Under the pieces are notes generated by a model. It was given only the letters and a program-made list of their open reading frames with translations. It had not been told where the DNA came from and did no database searches. This document shows positions 9,961-20,278 of a DNA stretch of 64,000 bases, one piece after another. The stretch spans positions 3,936,001-4,000,000 of the forward strand of contig OZ242311.1 in assembly GCA_965207885.1 (NCBI GenBank). The letters are read 5' to 3'. Origin of the DNA: Candidatus Latescibacterota bacterium (GTDB lineage: Bacteria > Latescibacterota > UBA2968). Position 1 is the stretch's first letter, and each line of letters opens with the position of its first letter. Position numbers and translations under genes: made by a program.

Positions 9961-11133
9961 ATGAAAACAGATTACGAATACATCGTCCTCGGTTGTGGGG
10001 GCATCGGCAGTGCAACAGCGTATTGGCTCGCGCGCCGAAAAGGCAAAGACGTCCTGGGCATAGAACAATTTGAACACGGTCATCACCACGGCGGCTCCCA
10101 GGATCACTCGCGCATCATCCGCCTGACCTATTACTACCCCCAATACATCCGTCTGGCACCTGCCTCGTACACCGCCTGGCATACACTCGAAGAGGAATCC
10201 GGCGTCCAGATGGTCTTCAAAACGGGCAGCATCCAATTTTCACCCGTCGATCACCCTTACCGATATGAAATCGACAAATACACGGGCGCGATGGATGAAA
10301 CAGGTGTTCCCTACGATCGCGTTGACGCCGATGAAATCGCGAAACGCTTTCCGCAATTCCATCTAAAATACGAAGTCGATGGCATCTACCAGGCCGATAC
10401 CGGATTGGTAGATGCAAGTCGGGGAAATGCCAGCCATGTAGCCATGGCGCGTTATCGCGGTGCCACCATGCTGGACAACTGTGAAGCCACGCACATTCGC
10501 CCGACCAACACCGGTGTCACAATCGAAACCAAACAGGGCAACTTCTCATGCCGCAAACTCATCGTCACAGCCGGTGCCTGGACAGATCGCCTGCTCGCCA
10601 GCGTGAACATCAATCTTTCTCTCACCGTAACCCAGGAACAAGTCACATACTACGCCACGCCAAACCTGCCGGACTTTGCCATTGGGAAATTCCCCATATT
10701 CATCTCTCATGCCGACGAATCCATCTACGGATTCCCCATCTATGGCGAAGTCGCCACCAAAGTCGGCATTGACGCATCCGGTCCAGCAGTGACAACCGAT
10801 ACGCGCACCTATGACCCCGATGCCGAACGCGAACGTTACCAGGAAGCCTGGCTCAAAGAAAACATCCCCGGATTCCTCGGCCCAAAGCTCTATACCAAAA
10901 CCTGTCTTTACACAATGCCCAAAGATCGCCACTTCGTAATCGATACACTCCCCGAGCATCCACAGATCATCGTCTGCGTAGGCGCTGGACACGCGTACAA
11001 ATTCTCTGGCATCCTGGGCAAAATCCTCAGCGAACTCGCCATTGATGGGCACACAGATTATCCGATAGAACCTTTTGCACTACAACGCGACGCCATCACC
11101 GATCCCAATTTTAAACCCGTCTTCCGAATGTGA
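9961..11133 (+). CDS. Monomeric sarcosine oxidase / N-methyl-L-tryptophan oxidase (SolA-like) flavoprotein
   Basis: GCGGIG FAD motif, SRIIRLTY, TCLYT (flavinylation Cys), GHAYKF. Confidence 0.88.
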   Translation: MKTDYEYIVLGCGGIGSATAYWLARRKGKDVLGIEQFEHGHHHGGSQDHSRIIRLTYYYPQYIRLAPASYTAWHTLEEESGVQMVFKTGSIQFSPVDHPYRYEIDKYTGAMDETGVPYDRVDADEIAKRFPQFHLKYEVDGIYQADTGLVDASRGNASHVAMARYRGATMLDNCEATHIRPTNTGVTIETKQGNFSCRKLIVTAGAWTDRLLASVNINLSLTVTQEQVTYYATPNLPDFAIGKFPIFISHADESIYGFPIYGEVATKVGIDASGPAVTTDTRTYDPDAERERYQEAWLKENIPGFLGPKLYTKTCLYTMPKDRHFVIDTLPEHPQIIVCVGAGHAYKFSGILGKILSELAIDGHTDYPIEPFALQRDAITDPNFKPVFRM

Positions 11134-11134
11134 T

Positions 11135-11866
11135 ATGCCTGCCGATATTCTGCGTCTAAACATGTGGAGCGGTCCTCGCAATGTCTCAACCGCCCTCATG
11201 TACTCATTTGCACAGCGGTCAGACACCCGCGTGATTGACGAACCCCTCTACGGTCACTATATACGCGTATCTGATGCCAAACACCCGGGCGCAAACGAAG
11301 TCATGGCCGCCATGGAATGCAATGGCGAAAAAGTCATTCGCAATATCATACTCGGTCCCTGTGATCGCCCCGTGCTCTTTATGAAACAGATGGCTCATCA
11401 CCTCGTCGAAATCAGCCGCGACTTTTTCGTACACACCCACAATGTCCTGCTCACGCGCGACCCCGTTGACATGCTCCCCTCGCTCGTCAACCAGCTCAAA
11501 AACCCTACCCTGCGCGACACGGGCTACAAAATGCAAGCCCAGCTACTGAGCGAATTTCACGCCATAGATCAAAAATACCCCGTACTCGATTCTCGAGAAC
11601 TCCTCAAAAATCCACGGCATGTCCTCACAAAACTCTGCGACGCCCTGAACATACCCTTTGACCCCGCAATGCTCACGTGGAAAGCCGGACCTCAACCCGA
11701 AGACGGAATATGGGCGCAACACTGGTACCACAACGTCCACAAATCCACCGGATTTCAGCCTTATCGCCCCAAAACCGAACCCTTTCCCCATCATCTGCGA
11801 CCACTCCTCAAAGAATGCCAACCCTATTACGACCAGCTTTATGCCCATGCCATCAAAGCTGAGTAA
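11135..11866 (+). CDS. Sulfotransferase-like P-loop protein (family paired with class IV aminotransferases)
   Basis: MWSGPRNVSTALMYSF, DEPLY, KQMAHH, WYHNVHKSTGF. Confidence 0.8.
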   Translation: MPADILRLNMWSGPRNVSTALMYSFAQRSDTRVIDEPLYGHYIRVSDAKHPGANEVMAAMECNGEKVIRNIILGPCDRPVLFMKQMAHHLVEISRDFFVHTHNVLLTRDPVDMLPSLVNQLKNPTLRDTGYKMQAQLLSEFHAIDQKYPVLDSRELLKNPRHVLTKLCDALNIPFDPAMLTWKAGPQPEDGIWAQHWYHNVHKSTGFQPYRPKTEPFPHHLRPLLKECQPYYDQLYAHAIKAE

Positions 11867-11877
11867 ACGGAGTCCCC

Positions 11878-12783
11878 GTGTCTATCCAATTACCCGACCC
11901 GCGAAACGAAAACATCCTCATCCACATCGGCGGTGAACTGCTCCCGCGCGAAGACGCCAAAATATCCGTTTTTGATAGCTCGGTCCAGGGTGGCGATGCC
12001 GTGTGGGAGGGCCTGCGCGTGTACAACGGCAAAATCTTCCAACTCGACGCGCACCTCGACCGCCTCTTCGACTCTGCCAAAGCCATGGCTTTTGCGGATA
12101 TCCCCTCTCGCGAAGCGATCAAAACCGCCATCTTTGAAACCCTCAAAGCCAATAACATGCGCGATGAAGTACATATCCGGCTCACGCTCACGCGGGGGGA
12201 AAAAACCTCATCGGGCATGAGTCCGCACTTTAATCAATACGGCTCCTGCCTCATTGTGCTACCAGAATGGAAACCCCCTGTTTATTCCTCTGACGGCATC
12301 CGCCTGATCACCGCCTCTGTTCGCCGCAATCCGCCCATGTGCATCGACTCCAAAATCCATCACAACAATTTGATCAACAACATCCTCGCCAAAATCGAAG
12401 CCAATGTCGCAGGCGTTAATGACGCGATCATGCTCGACATCTTCGGCTATGTATCCGAAACCAATGCCACCAATATCTTCATCATAAAAAAAGGGGCGCT
12501 TATCACGCCCCACGCGGATTCCTGCTTGCCCGGCATTACAAGAGGTGTCGTAATTGACCTCGCACGCGACCTGGGCATCGCAGTTACAGAACGCAACCTA
12601 TCGCTTACCGAAGTCTATACAGCAGATGAAGGCTTCACCACGGGCACCATGGGCGAACTCTCACCCATCCTCGAAGTAGATGGCCGCACCATCGGCAACG
12701 GCGAACCCGGCCCCATCACCAATCACCTGCGCGAACAATACGCCCAACACACCGCCAAATACGGTGACCCCATTCCCTTATAG
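11878..12783 (+). CDS. Class IV aminotransferase (branched-chain/D-amino acid aminotransferase-like)
   Basis: GDAVWEGLR, HLDRL, KIHHNN, ETNATNIF, LPGITR, GTMGE. Confidence 0.92.
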   Translation: MSIQLPDPRNENILIHIGGELLPREDAKISVFDSSVQGGDAVWEGLRVYNGKIFQLDAHLDRLFDSAKAMAFADIPSREAIKTAIFETLKANNMRDEVHIRLTLTRGEKTSSGMSPHFNQYGSCLIVLPEWKPPVYSSDGIRLITASVRRNPPMCIDSKIHHNNLINNILAKIEANVAGVNDAIMLDIFGYVSETNATNIFIIKKGALITPHADSCLPGITRGVVIDLARDLGIAVTERNLSLTEVYTADEGFTTGTMGELSPILEVDGRTIGNGEPGPITNHLREQYAQHTAKYGDPIPL

Positions 12784-12810
12784 GCTTGAGACCAGGCCGG
12801 ATAAAAAATA

Positions 12811-12843
12811 CAAAGGCCAACGTGCAAACATCGGCCTTTTGTG
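12811..12843. terminator. Intrinsic terminator hairpin between convergent genes
   Basis: AAAGGCC...GGCCTTTT inverted repeat with flanking A/T tracts. Confidence 0.6.
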
Positions 12844-12881
12844 ATTTGAGCTATTGGTATTGTTAATTAGATCAAACATCT

Positions 12882-13460
12882 TCAAATCTCCCAGTTCGAG
12901 GTATAAGACCGGTCCTGGAATCGCTCTGCAAGTTCAATCAGCACATCCAGTGATTTATTCAATCTCGCCTTCCTCTTGTCGTCGAGTTCATTTTCCTCAA
13001 CCCAATTGGCATCGTGAACATACACGTTATACGGGCTGGTAATACACTTGAAATCCAGCATAAGGGACGTTGCCAGCGAGGTGAACGCCATATAGCTGTG
13101 CGGCAATCCACCCGCATTGACAAACATGACGATCTTATCGTAGAAAGCTCCTCTGAGGGACCCGCCTGGCGGCGTAGAGCCTATATACTCGACAAATTTC
13201 TTGAGTTCCGAGCAACACGCCCAATTGTACACTGGGCTGGCCAATATCACAGCATCTGCGGCTGCGATGACTCTGTGGCACGATAGGTAAACCTCTGAGG
13301 AATAGATCTCATCGTCGTCGAAATTTGGTGGGTCAAGTTGCCGGAGATCGATAAAGTCAACAGAAATGCCCTTGCCCTCCAGAGCGGTTTGGCACAGGGT
13401 AGCGAGCATCCTACTGCGACTATCGGTATTGAGACTACTGCTGACGACTGAAATTCTCAT
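12882..13460 (-). CDS. NADPH-dependent FMN reductase (flavodoxin fold)
   Basis: SSLNTDSRS, ADAVILASPVYN, LKKFVE. Confidence 0.85.
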   Translation of the reverse strand: MRISVVSSSLNTDSRSRMLATLCQTALEGKGISVDFIDLRQLDPPNFDDDEIYSSEVYLSCHRVIAAADAVILASPVYNWACCSELKKFVEYIGSTPPGGSLRGAFYDKIVMFVNAGGLPHSYMAFTSLATSLMLDFKCITSPYNVYVHDANWVEENELDDKRKARLNKSLDVLIELAERFQDRSYTSNWEI

Positions 13461-13498
13461 CTTACTACCTCTCGACGGATCGCAACGCTCGCTGTGTC

Positions 13499-13861
13499 CT
13501 ACTTATAGACCAAGCGATCAGAAGTACGATCTTGATCTATCTGTACATGTAGCCTTCCCTGCCGATGAGATACCGGTTCCCGAATAACGATTTCTACGTC
13601 ACGCCCAAGTGCTGTCAACAGACGCAAGAGACGCTCCATGGAATACTCACGAAAGTCCCCTCTTAGGAGACGCGAAACATCAGGTTGGGACAGACCGAGC
13701 AATTTCGCTGCCTCGACCTGCTTGAGTCCTCGCTGACGAATGATCTTGTCAATGCGAGTGACGAGTTGTGCCTTTAACAAGTGAGTCTCAGCATCAGGTC
13801 GCCCCAGGTCGGCGAACACGTTACCACTTCCACGTTCGATATTGATCTCTTTTGTCTTCAT
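13499..13861 (-). CDS. XRE-family HTH antitoxin (HigA-like)
   Basis: SGNVFADLG, GLKQVEAAKLLGLSQPDVSRLLRG, YSMERL; directly downstream of the toxin. Confidence 0.9.
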   Translation of the reverse strand: MKTKEINIERGSGNVFADLGRPDAETHLLKAQLVTRIDKIIRQRGLKQVEAAKLLGLSQPDVSRLLRGDFREYSMERLLRLLTALGRDVEIVIREPVSHRQGRLHVQIDQDRTSDRLVYK

Positions 13862-13865
13862 TGCT

Positions 13866-14234
13866 CTACCCTTCGCTATAGAAGTCCTTGTAGTGTTGTT
13901 CCGCTGTCCTTAGCCTGCGTTTGATCAGATCAATCTCCTGTTTTGGTGTCTCAATACCTCGCCTCGCTTTCTTCTGGAAGGCATGCAAGACATAGACCGC
14001 CAACTTGAATCGGACTGTATAAACTGCCCGGTAGGTATCGCCGTCGTGACGGGAAACGACCTCTAAAACACGGGGCCCCACCCCCTTGAGCGGTTTGGCA
14101 TCGCGGTGTCTAAGTCCGATCTGGGCCTGATACAGGGCAAAACCGACCCGATCCTGCACGGCAGCCGGAAACTTCTTTAAGTCCCCTTTACTCGATCCGA
14201 CCCATTCGACGGGCTTAAGCATCTCACTGGTCAT
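13866..14234 (-). CDS. RelE/ParE-superfamily (HigB/Gp49-like) toxin
   Basis: WVGSSKGDLKKFP, AKPLKG, TYRAVY, YVLHAFQKK; toxin-first gene order. Confidence 0.9.
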   Translation of the reverse strand: MTSEMLKPVEWVGSSKGDLKKFPAAVQDRVGFALYQAQIGLRHRDAKPLKGVGPRVLEVVSRHDGDTYRAVYTVRFKLAVYVLHAFQKKARRGIETPKQEIDLIKRRLRTAEQHYKDFYSEG

Positions 14235-14240
14235 ATCTAA

Positions 14241-14269
14241 ATTATAGTGGTTTCACCATATTTACACAA
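14241..14269 (-). promoter_or_regulatory. TA promoter with operator; probable leaderless transcript
   Basis: TTGTGT-17 bp-TATAAT. Inverted repeat TGGT-N3-ACCA in the spacer. The -10 lies only 6 nt before the toxin ATG and there is no RBS. Confidence 0.6.
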
Positions 14270-14312
14270 GCACCTTTTTGTAAACGTCGGCTTTTGTGAT
14301 ACCTTTTTTCCC

Positions 14313-15134
14313 TCAACCATGAAAAACTTGTACCAGATCGGACGCTTTTCCCGACACAGTCGCAGGATTGAGCGCACCCTCTCCAAAGAGACGAGGAAAA
14401 GTCAGACCAGTCTTCAAAGAACGCGTTCGCGCATCCATGTAAGTCGCGCTAAAAGCCCGCCGGGGCGACGGCGTCGAATTGAGAGCCGAGCGGTGGAGCA
14501 AAAAATTGTGTAGCAAAACAGCCTCCCCGGCTTCGGTCTCCAGATCGATCACATCCTCGGGTTGGGCGTACTTCGCCTGATCCTCATCAGAGGTATAGTG
14601 CCGCTCGTTGAGAATACCCAGATTATTGCTACCCGGCACAATCTGCATACAGCCACTGGCAACAGTGGCCGCATCCAACCCCGTCCACACCGTGATAATC
14701 GGATTGGTATCAATCCCCCAACCCACGCCGATATCCTGATGCCAGGGCAAAATCGTGCCGCTCTCAGCGGGTTTATTCATAAACATAGAGCGAAAAACCG
14801 AAACATTTTCGCCGATATAGCGACGGGTAATCTGGCGGATAAGGGGATGCTGCATATAGGTGAGAAAAAGCGGATCTTGTTCCAGATCATCGATACGCCG
14901 ATAATGGAGCGTCTGCTCCTGATTCCCCAGGGTGCGATCCATCCTAACATCCGGCGTTTTGGGATTGAGCTGAAAGCGCATATTCTCGTAGCGGACGCGC
15001 CCCAGCATAATATCGTCAATGCGCTGCTGCAGTACAGCCAGTTCCCCAGGCGACAGGAGATGCCCCAGGCGCAGATATCCCTCAGCCATAAATTGTTCGT
15101 GGTGCGAGTCTTCAAACGAAGTGAGAGGATTCAC
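14313..15134 (-). CDS. PhyH-family Fe(II)/2OG dioxygenase
   Basis: WHQD, SGCMQIVPGS, LLHRS; GTG start with AGGAGG. Confidence 0.9.
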   Translation of the reverse strand: MNPLTSFEDSHHEQFMAEGYLRLGHLLSPGELAVLQQRIDDIMLGRVRYENMRFQLNPKTPDVRMDRTLGNQEQTLHYRRIDDLEQDPLFLTYMQHPLIRQITRRYIGENVSVFRSMFMNKPAESGTILPWHQDIGVGWGIDTNPIITVWTGLDAATVASGCMQIVPGSNNLGILNERHYTSDEDQAKYAQPEDVIDLETEAGEAVLLHNFLLHRSALNSTPSPRRAFSATYMDARTRSLKTGLTFPRLFGEGALNPATVSGKASDLVQVFHG

Positions 15135-15247
15135 AGTGTGACCTCCTGGAAAATTGGACAGCTTGCGTGATTAGATTGACTTCCAAACTATCACCGGGCC
15201 TCGCCAGAAGCAACTGAAAAACGCCCAGTCCCGCGAAACTGCCCTGC

Positions 15248-15276
15248 TTGACAGAGCACAATTCTCTATATATGAT
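15248..15276 (+). promoter_or_regulatory. sigma70-type promoter
   Basis: TTGACA-17 bp-TATGAT upstream of 15320. Confidence 0.65.
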
Positions 15277-15319
15277 GCCTGATACTGCAAATCGCCAAAC
15301 ATCAGAAAGGTAGAAAGCC

Positions 15320-16699
15320 ATGAGCAATGTGCGAGATTTCGGAGCCAGAGGGGACGGCATCACCGACGATACGAAAGCAATTGAAGACGCGCTGGCAAAA
15401 GGAGATGGAACGCTGCAATTTCCAAAAGGCGACTATCTCATTACGCATCCTATCAACGTGAAATTGGGCGACAGCGGGCGGATGAGCATAGATGGATCGG
15501 GAGGCGCGGCAAAAATCCTCATGGGAGGTGCAGGACCCGCATTTCACATCACGGGTACACACAGACGCTCGGCCGACCCCAAAACCTTTGAGCCTCACGT
15601 CTGGACCCATGAAAGAATGCCCACAATATCAAACCTGGAGATCGAAGGCAAACACCTCCAAGCAGATGGATTCCTGCTAACAGGCACCATGCAGGCGACC
15701 TTTGAAGGCGTACTCTTGCGAAAGCTAAACCACGCCATCCACATACGCGACCGCGCCCGAAATGTCCTTATCTCCCACTGTCATCTACACGACAATCGCG
15801 GCGCAGGCATCTTCTTCGACCATGTAGATCTGCATCAAATCATCGTAACTGGTTCTCATATAAGCTATTGTAAACGCGGAGGCATCAAAATCATCGGCTC
15901 ACAAATCCGCAACCTGCAGATCACCGGCAACGACATCGAATACAACTTCGACAAAGAAGCGGACCGATCCGCAGATATCTGGATCGACACCAGCGACGGA
16001 TCTGCCACCGTCCGCGAAGGCACCATATCGGGCAATACCATCCAGGCACTACCTTCGCCTGGAGGCGTGAATATATTGATGATCGGTCACTCTCCCCAGG
16101 CGAATAACAAGGTGGGCCTGTTCACCATTGTGGGAAATTTGATCGGCACACAAGAAAATAACATCCACCTCATCGCGGCCAGAGGCGTCACCATCTCGGG
16201 AAACGCGATCTACAATGGATTCAACCGAAATCTCCTGGTAGAACACGCGCAAAATATCGTGGTTGGCGGCAACAGCTTTGACCACAATCCCGATTATGGT
16301 CCCTCGCGTCGTACTGGCATTCAATTTATAAACAGCACAGATTGTATCCTGAACGGAACAACGCTTCACGAGTTCCAAAGCGGACAAGATGAAAACGCGG
16401 ATGATCGCCAGGGCCTTTTGGAAATCATCCGTTGCGCCCGATTCACCGTAAACGGCTGTCAGATACTGGACGGCTATCCCAACGCGATATACGTATCCGA
16501 CTCCGACGACATCAGCATCACCGGATGTACCCTGCTGGAGAGGAGAAAACAAAAAGAAACCGTTTCAACAGTTCGCTGGAACGGCATAGGCAGTGGCAAT
16601 TTGTTGAGCAACAACCGAATCGGAAACGGAACAGCAGGAGCATTATCCATAGACAAAGCCGCTGACGTTCAAATCAACCATAATCGAATGGATAACTGA
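15320..16699 (+). CDS. Right-handed parallel beta-helix protein (pectate lyase 3 / polysaccharide lyase-like)
   Basis: NVRDFGARGDGITDDTKAI, FPKGDY, repeated I(S/T)GNxI beta-helix coils. Confidence 0.85.
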   Translation: MSNVRDFGARGDGITDDTKAIEDALAKGDGTLQFPKGDYLITHPINVKLGDSGRMSIDGSGGAAKILMGGAGPAFHITGTHRRSADPKTFEPHVWTHERMPTISNLEIEGKHLQADGFLLTGTMQATFEGVLLRKLNHAIHIRDRARNVLISHCHLHDNRGAGIFFDHVDLHQIIVTGSHISYCKRGGIKIIGSQIRNLQITGNDIEYNFDKEADRSADIWIDTSDGSATVREGTISGNTIQALPSPGGVNILMIGHSPQANNKVGLFTIVGNLIGTQENNIHLIAARGVTISGNAIYNGFNRNLLVEHAQNIVVGGNSFDHNPDYGPSRRTGIQFINSTDCILNGTTLHEFQSGQDENADDRQGLLEIIRCARFTVNGCQILDGYPNAIYVSDSDDISITGCTLLERRKQKETVSTVRWNGIGSGNLLSNNRIGNGTAGALSIDKAADVQINHNRMDN

Positions 16700-16709
16700 G
16701 GAGGTAAAT

Positions 16710-17825
16710 TTGTCTTTAAAACCCGACCACTCAAAAGTCCCTGGCGTCGTGATTGATCACAGCCCCGCCAGTACAAAACAATACCTGGGCAGCCCGAGCA
16801 TCGTCATCATGCCCAACGGCGATTATATCGCATCCTATGATCTTTTTGGACCGGGCACAAATTACGACCGCATGGCCGTATTTCGTTCGCGCGACAAAGG
16901 CGAAACCTGGACTCAAATAGTCGAACAGGTTGGCCAGTGGTGGTCCAATCTTTTTTTGCACAAAGGCGACCTCTATCTACTCGGCACAAGCCGCGAATAT
17001 GGCTATGCCGTAATTCGGCGATCTACGGACGGGGGTGAAACATGGACAGTACCAAAAGACAAACACACCGGACAAATCACTACCGAGAATCGCTATCACT
17101 GTGCCCCAATGCCCGTCGTCGCTCACAATGGATATCTCTGGCGCGCATTTGAATTGGCACATGGCCCGCGAGAAGAGTGGAAAGCGCTGGTTCTCTCCAT
17201 ACCCGAAGATGTAGATCTGCTCCAGGCTAAAAATTGGCGATTTAGCGAAGCGTATCAACACCTCTGGTCAAGTTCACAGTGGATTGAAGGCAATATCGTG
17301 ATCACGCCAGATAACAAACTGGTAAACATCTTGCGTTCAAATTTGCGCAATGTCTCGCCCGAAGAGATACAGGCAGAAAGCGATAAAGCGGCTGTTTTGC
17401 ACATCTCAGAAGATGGCAAAACATTGACACACGACCGGGACAGAGACCTGATCGACTTTCCGGGTGGCGGTGTAAAATTCACAATTCGATTTGACGATCA
17501 AACACAGGGCTATTGGTCGTTGGGATGCAAACAAACCAATCCGCCAGCATACCGAAATACACTGGTCTTGACATCGTCTGCAAATTTGCAAACCTGGCGA
17601 ATCGAATCCGTGATCCTACACCATCCCGATCTAGAGAAACACGCATTTCAATACGTTGACTGGCAATTTGAAGAAAACGATATAATCGTGGCATCGCGCA
17701 CAGCTTATGACGATGGCCTGGGCGGCGCGCACAACGCGCATGATGCGAACTATTTGACATTTCACAGAATTGAAAATTTCAGAGATCGAACAATAGACGA
17801 CCCGCCCTTAAATGAGAAAGAGTAG
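16710..17825 (+). CDS. Sialidase-family BNR/Asp-box beta-propeller protein
   Basis: Asp-boxes SRDKGETW, STDGGETW, SEDGKTL, SANLQTW. Confidence 0.82.
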   Translation: MSLKPDHSKVPGVVIDHSPASTKQYLGSPSIVIMPNGDYIASYDLFGPGTNYDRMAVFRSRDKGETWTQIVEQVGQWWSNLFLHKGDLYLLGTSREYGYAVIRRSTDGGETWTVPKDKHTGQITTENRYHCAPMPVVAHNGYLWRAFELAHGPREEWKALVLSIPEDVDLLQAKNWRFSEAYQHLWSSSQWIEGNIVITPDNKLVNILRSNLRNVSPEEIQAESDKAAVLHISEDGKTLTHDRDRDLIDFPGGGVKFTIRFDDQTQGYWSLGCKQTNPPAYRNTLVLTSSANLQTWRIESVILHHPDLEKHAFQYVDWQFEENDIIVASRTAYDDGLGGAHNAHDANYLTFHRIENFRDRTIDDPPLNEKE

Positions 17826-17842
17826 CTCTCGGAGAGGATATA

Positions 17843-19486
17843 ATGAAAGCAATTCACAACCTGCAGCCAGACAGGGTATTTTACAATGGCAACCTGATCA
17901 CCATGGCCGATCACAAAGGGACTGCGGTTGCCGTGTTGAAAGGATCTATATGTGCTGTGGGATCTGATCAAGCGATTATCGGCCTTGCAGGATCCAACAC
18001 CGAACGCACCGACCTGGCGGGAAAAACTATGCTACCCGGGTTTTACGACACGCATGGACATTTCCCGAGCGCGGGATTCGTGGCTGTTTCTTCGGTGAAT
18101 TGCAATTCTCCGCCAATGGGACCCGTGGAAAAAATCGATGATATTATCCAGCTATTGGCAGAACGCGCCAAAGGAATACCAGAGGACCAGTGGGTATTGG
18201 GTAGAGGCTACGACGATACCCTGCTGGAAGAGAAACGGCACCCGACACGAGCAGATCTGGATCGGGCTTCGCAGAACCACCCGATTTGCATCGTCCACAC
18301 CTCGGGCCATTTTGCATCGGCAAACACATGTGCATTGGAGCGCGCCGGAGTCCATTCCGATACGCCCAATCCAACGGGTGGCGTGATTCGAAAAGACCTC
18401 ATCACGGGAGAGCCGGACGGTGTTTTGGAAGAGACCGCAATGCGCCCCGTGAGAAATTTGATTCCGCCATTGAACGAAGCCCAGTGGTTTGAGGGGTTGG
18501 AGATTGCAGTAAATGAATATGTCCGCGAAGGCGTAACCTCCGTAGTAATCGCTGGCTGTACTCGCCGCGACATTTCCCGACTGCAAACAGCCATTGACAG
18601 CGGCAAGCTACCCCTGCGCATGGTTTGCATGACCGGGAAAAGCAAGCCGGGTCAGCAGTCAATTCTGGAGACGAGTGGATTGAAAACGGGTTTTGGAACA
18701 GACCGCTTGCGGTTGGGCGCAGTAAAAATGTTTCAGGATGGATCAATCCAGGGCTATACGGGTTATCTGAGCAAACCCTATCACCAGCCATTTATGGGCG
18801 ATACCCAGTATTGTGGCTATCCGATGCGAAGCCGAGAAGCGCTGGTAGAGATGGTGGATGAAGCCCATCGGGCGGGCAAGCAGATTGCGATACACGGCAA
18901 TGGAGACGCGGCGATTGACGATATTTTATCTGCCTATGAACAGGCGCAACAAAAAATGCCCCGCACAGATACGCGGCACCGCATTGAACACTGTCAAACC
19001 GTTAGAGAAGATCAGCTCGATAAAATGCAGACACTGGGCGTGACACCCTCTTTCTTTGTTCAACACACCTACTACTGGGGCGACCGCCACGAAGCGATTT
19101 TCTTAGGACCAGAGCGCGCGCATCGAATCAGCCCATTGAAATCGGCGTCTGATCGAGGGATTCGCTTTACCATCCACAACGACTCGCCAGTAACGCCGAC
19201 CAAATCGCTATTTTCCGTCTGGTCCGCAGTGAACCGTCTCTCGCGCAGTGGACAGTGTATGGGCGATGCACAGCGCATTGATTTGGAACTGGCATTTCGG
19301 GCAATCACTATTGACGCCGCCTGGCAAAATTTTGAAGAAGATGCAAAAGGATCGATAGAGGTTGGCAAGCTGGCAGACTTCGTAGTTTTAGAATCAGATC
19401 CATTTGCAGGAGATGTGCTGGCTGTAAAGGACATTGCCGTAAGGGAAACAATTGTGGGAGGCAAAACAGTATATCGAAAAACGTGA
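17843..19486 (+). CDS. Amidohydrolase family 3 (YtcJ-like)
   Basis: LPGFYDTHGH, KMFQDGS, IHGNGD, RHRIEHCQ, GSIEVGKLADF. Confidence 0.92.
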   Translation: MKAIHNLQPDRVFYNGNLITMADHKGTAVAVLKGSICAVGSDQAIIGLAGSNTERTDLAGKTMLPGFYDTHGHFPSAGFVAVSSVNCNSPPMGPVEKIDDIIQLLAERAKGIPEDQWVLGRGYDDTLLEEKRHPTRADLDRASQNHPICIVHTSGHFASANTCALERAGVHSDTPNPTGGVIRKDLITGEPDGVLEETAMRPVRNLIPPLNEAQWFEGLEIAVNEYVREGVTSVVIAGCTRRDISRLQTAIDSGKLPLRMVCMTGKSKPGQQSILETSGLKTGFGTDRLRLGAVKMFQDGSIQGYTGYLSKPYHQPFMGDTQYCGYPMRSREALVEMVDEAHRAGKQIAIHGNGDAAIDDILSAYEQAQQKMPRTDTRHRIEHCQTVREDQLDKMQTLGVTPSFFVQHTYYWGDRHEAIFLGPERAHRISPLKSASDRGIRFTIHNDSPVTPTKSLFSVWSAVNRLSRSGQCMGDAQRIDLELAFRAITIDAAWQNFEEDAKGSIEVGKLADFVVLESDPFAGDVLAVKDIAVRETIVGGKTVYRKT

Positions 19487-19506
19487 AGGTGGCTCCGGAC
19501 TAAAAG

Positions 19507-20265
19507 TCAAAACGCGATCGTCAAACCCATAGGTGCCGGCTCAAAAACCACGCTATCAAATAGATTCAGAACCCAAATCGCACCGAGCACACCGATCAGC
19601 ATATTCACCCGCTTTTCACTGGACTTGACCTCTCGATGACGCGCCTCCCACTCGGTATAGCGCGTCCCATCCTCATTTGTATATCGCTGGTTTACATGTT
19701 GAAATATATTCGTCTGATTGTAGTAATTGAGAGCACTCTGAAAATTCCGATACTGCATCCCCAGCACGACAGACGTACCAACCATTGCACCGAGAAATGC
19801 GTATCCCTTTTTCTTATACCCCCGGTAATACTGCCCCCATCCTGGAAAGACCAAAGACCGCATCGCAGCGGACAAGCGTTTGGTCTTCAGGCGACGTGCC
19901 GCCTCCTCACCGTGCAACAAAGCCCACCAGAATGCGCCCGGATCTGCATTTTCAAAATATCCCCGGTCCAATCGATTATTCAAAGCAAAAGCCTCTCGAA
20001 ATGCCCAATCAGCACGTAGAGAATCCCCCGCCGCGAGATAACAACAGCCCAGATCAAAAAACAGACGCGCGCGTGAATCTCGATTCATCGGCGTCAGCTT
20101 TGGCGAGAGTTGCGCCACACCCGGCACAGCCAACAAATACCCTATCGCACCTCCATAATCACCCTGTTTGTAGCGCACCTCAGCCTCTCGAACATAAAGC
20201 GGAACATCCTGAGCACCTGCAATACCAAAAGCACCGATAAGCGCAACAAAAACAAAAAATCTCAT
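19507..20265 (-). CDS. Secreted/membrane TPR-like protein with DUF5683-like C-terminal domain
   Basis: Signal peptide MRFFVFVALIG; TPR-like LFFDLGCCYLAAGD; RSLVFPGWGQYY motif. Confidence 0.6.
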   Translation of the reverse strand: MRFFVFVALIGAFGIAGAQDVPLYVREAEVRYKQGDYGGAIGYLLAVPGVAQLSPKLTPMNRDSRARLFFDLGCCYLAAGDSLRADWAFREAFALNNRLDRGYFENADPGAFWWALLHGEEAARRLKTKRLSAAMRSLVFPGWGQYYRGYKKKGYAFLGAMVGTSVVLGMQYRNFQSALNYYNQTNIFQHVNQRYTNEDGTRYTEWEARHREVKSSEKRVNMLIGVLGAIWVLNLFDSVVFEPAPMGLTIAF

Positions 20266-20278
20266 CTCTTCTCCCCGA

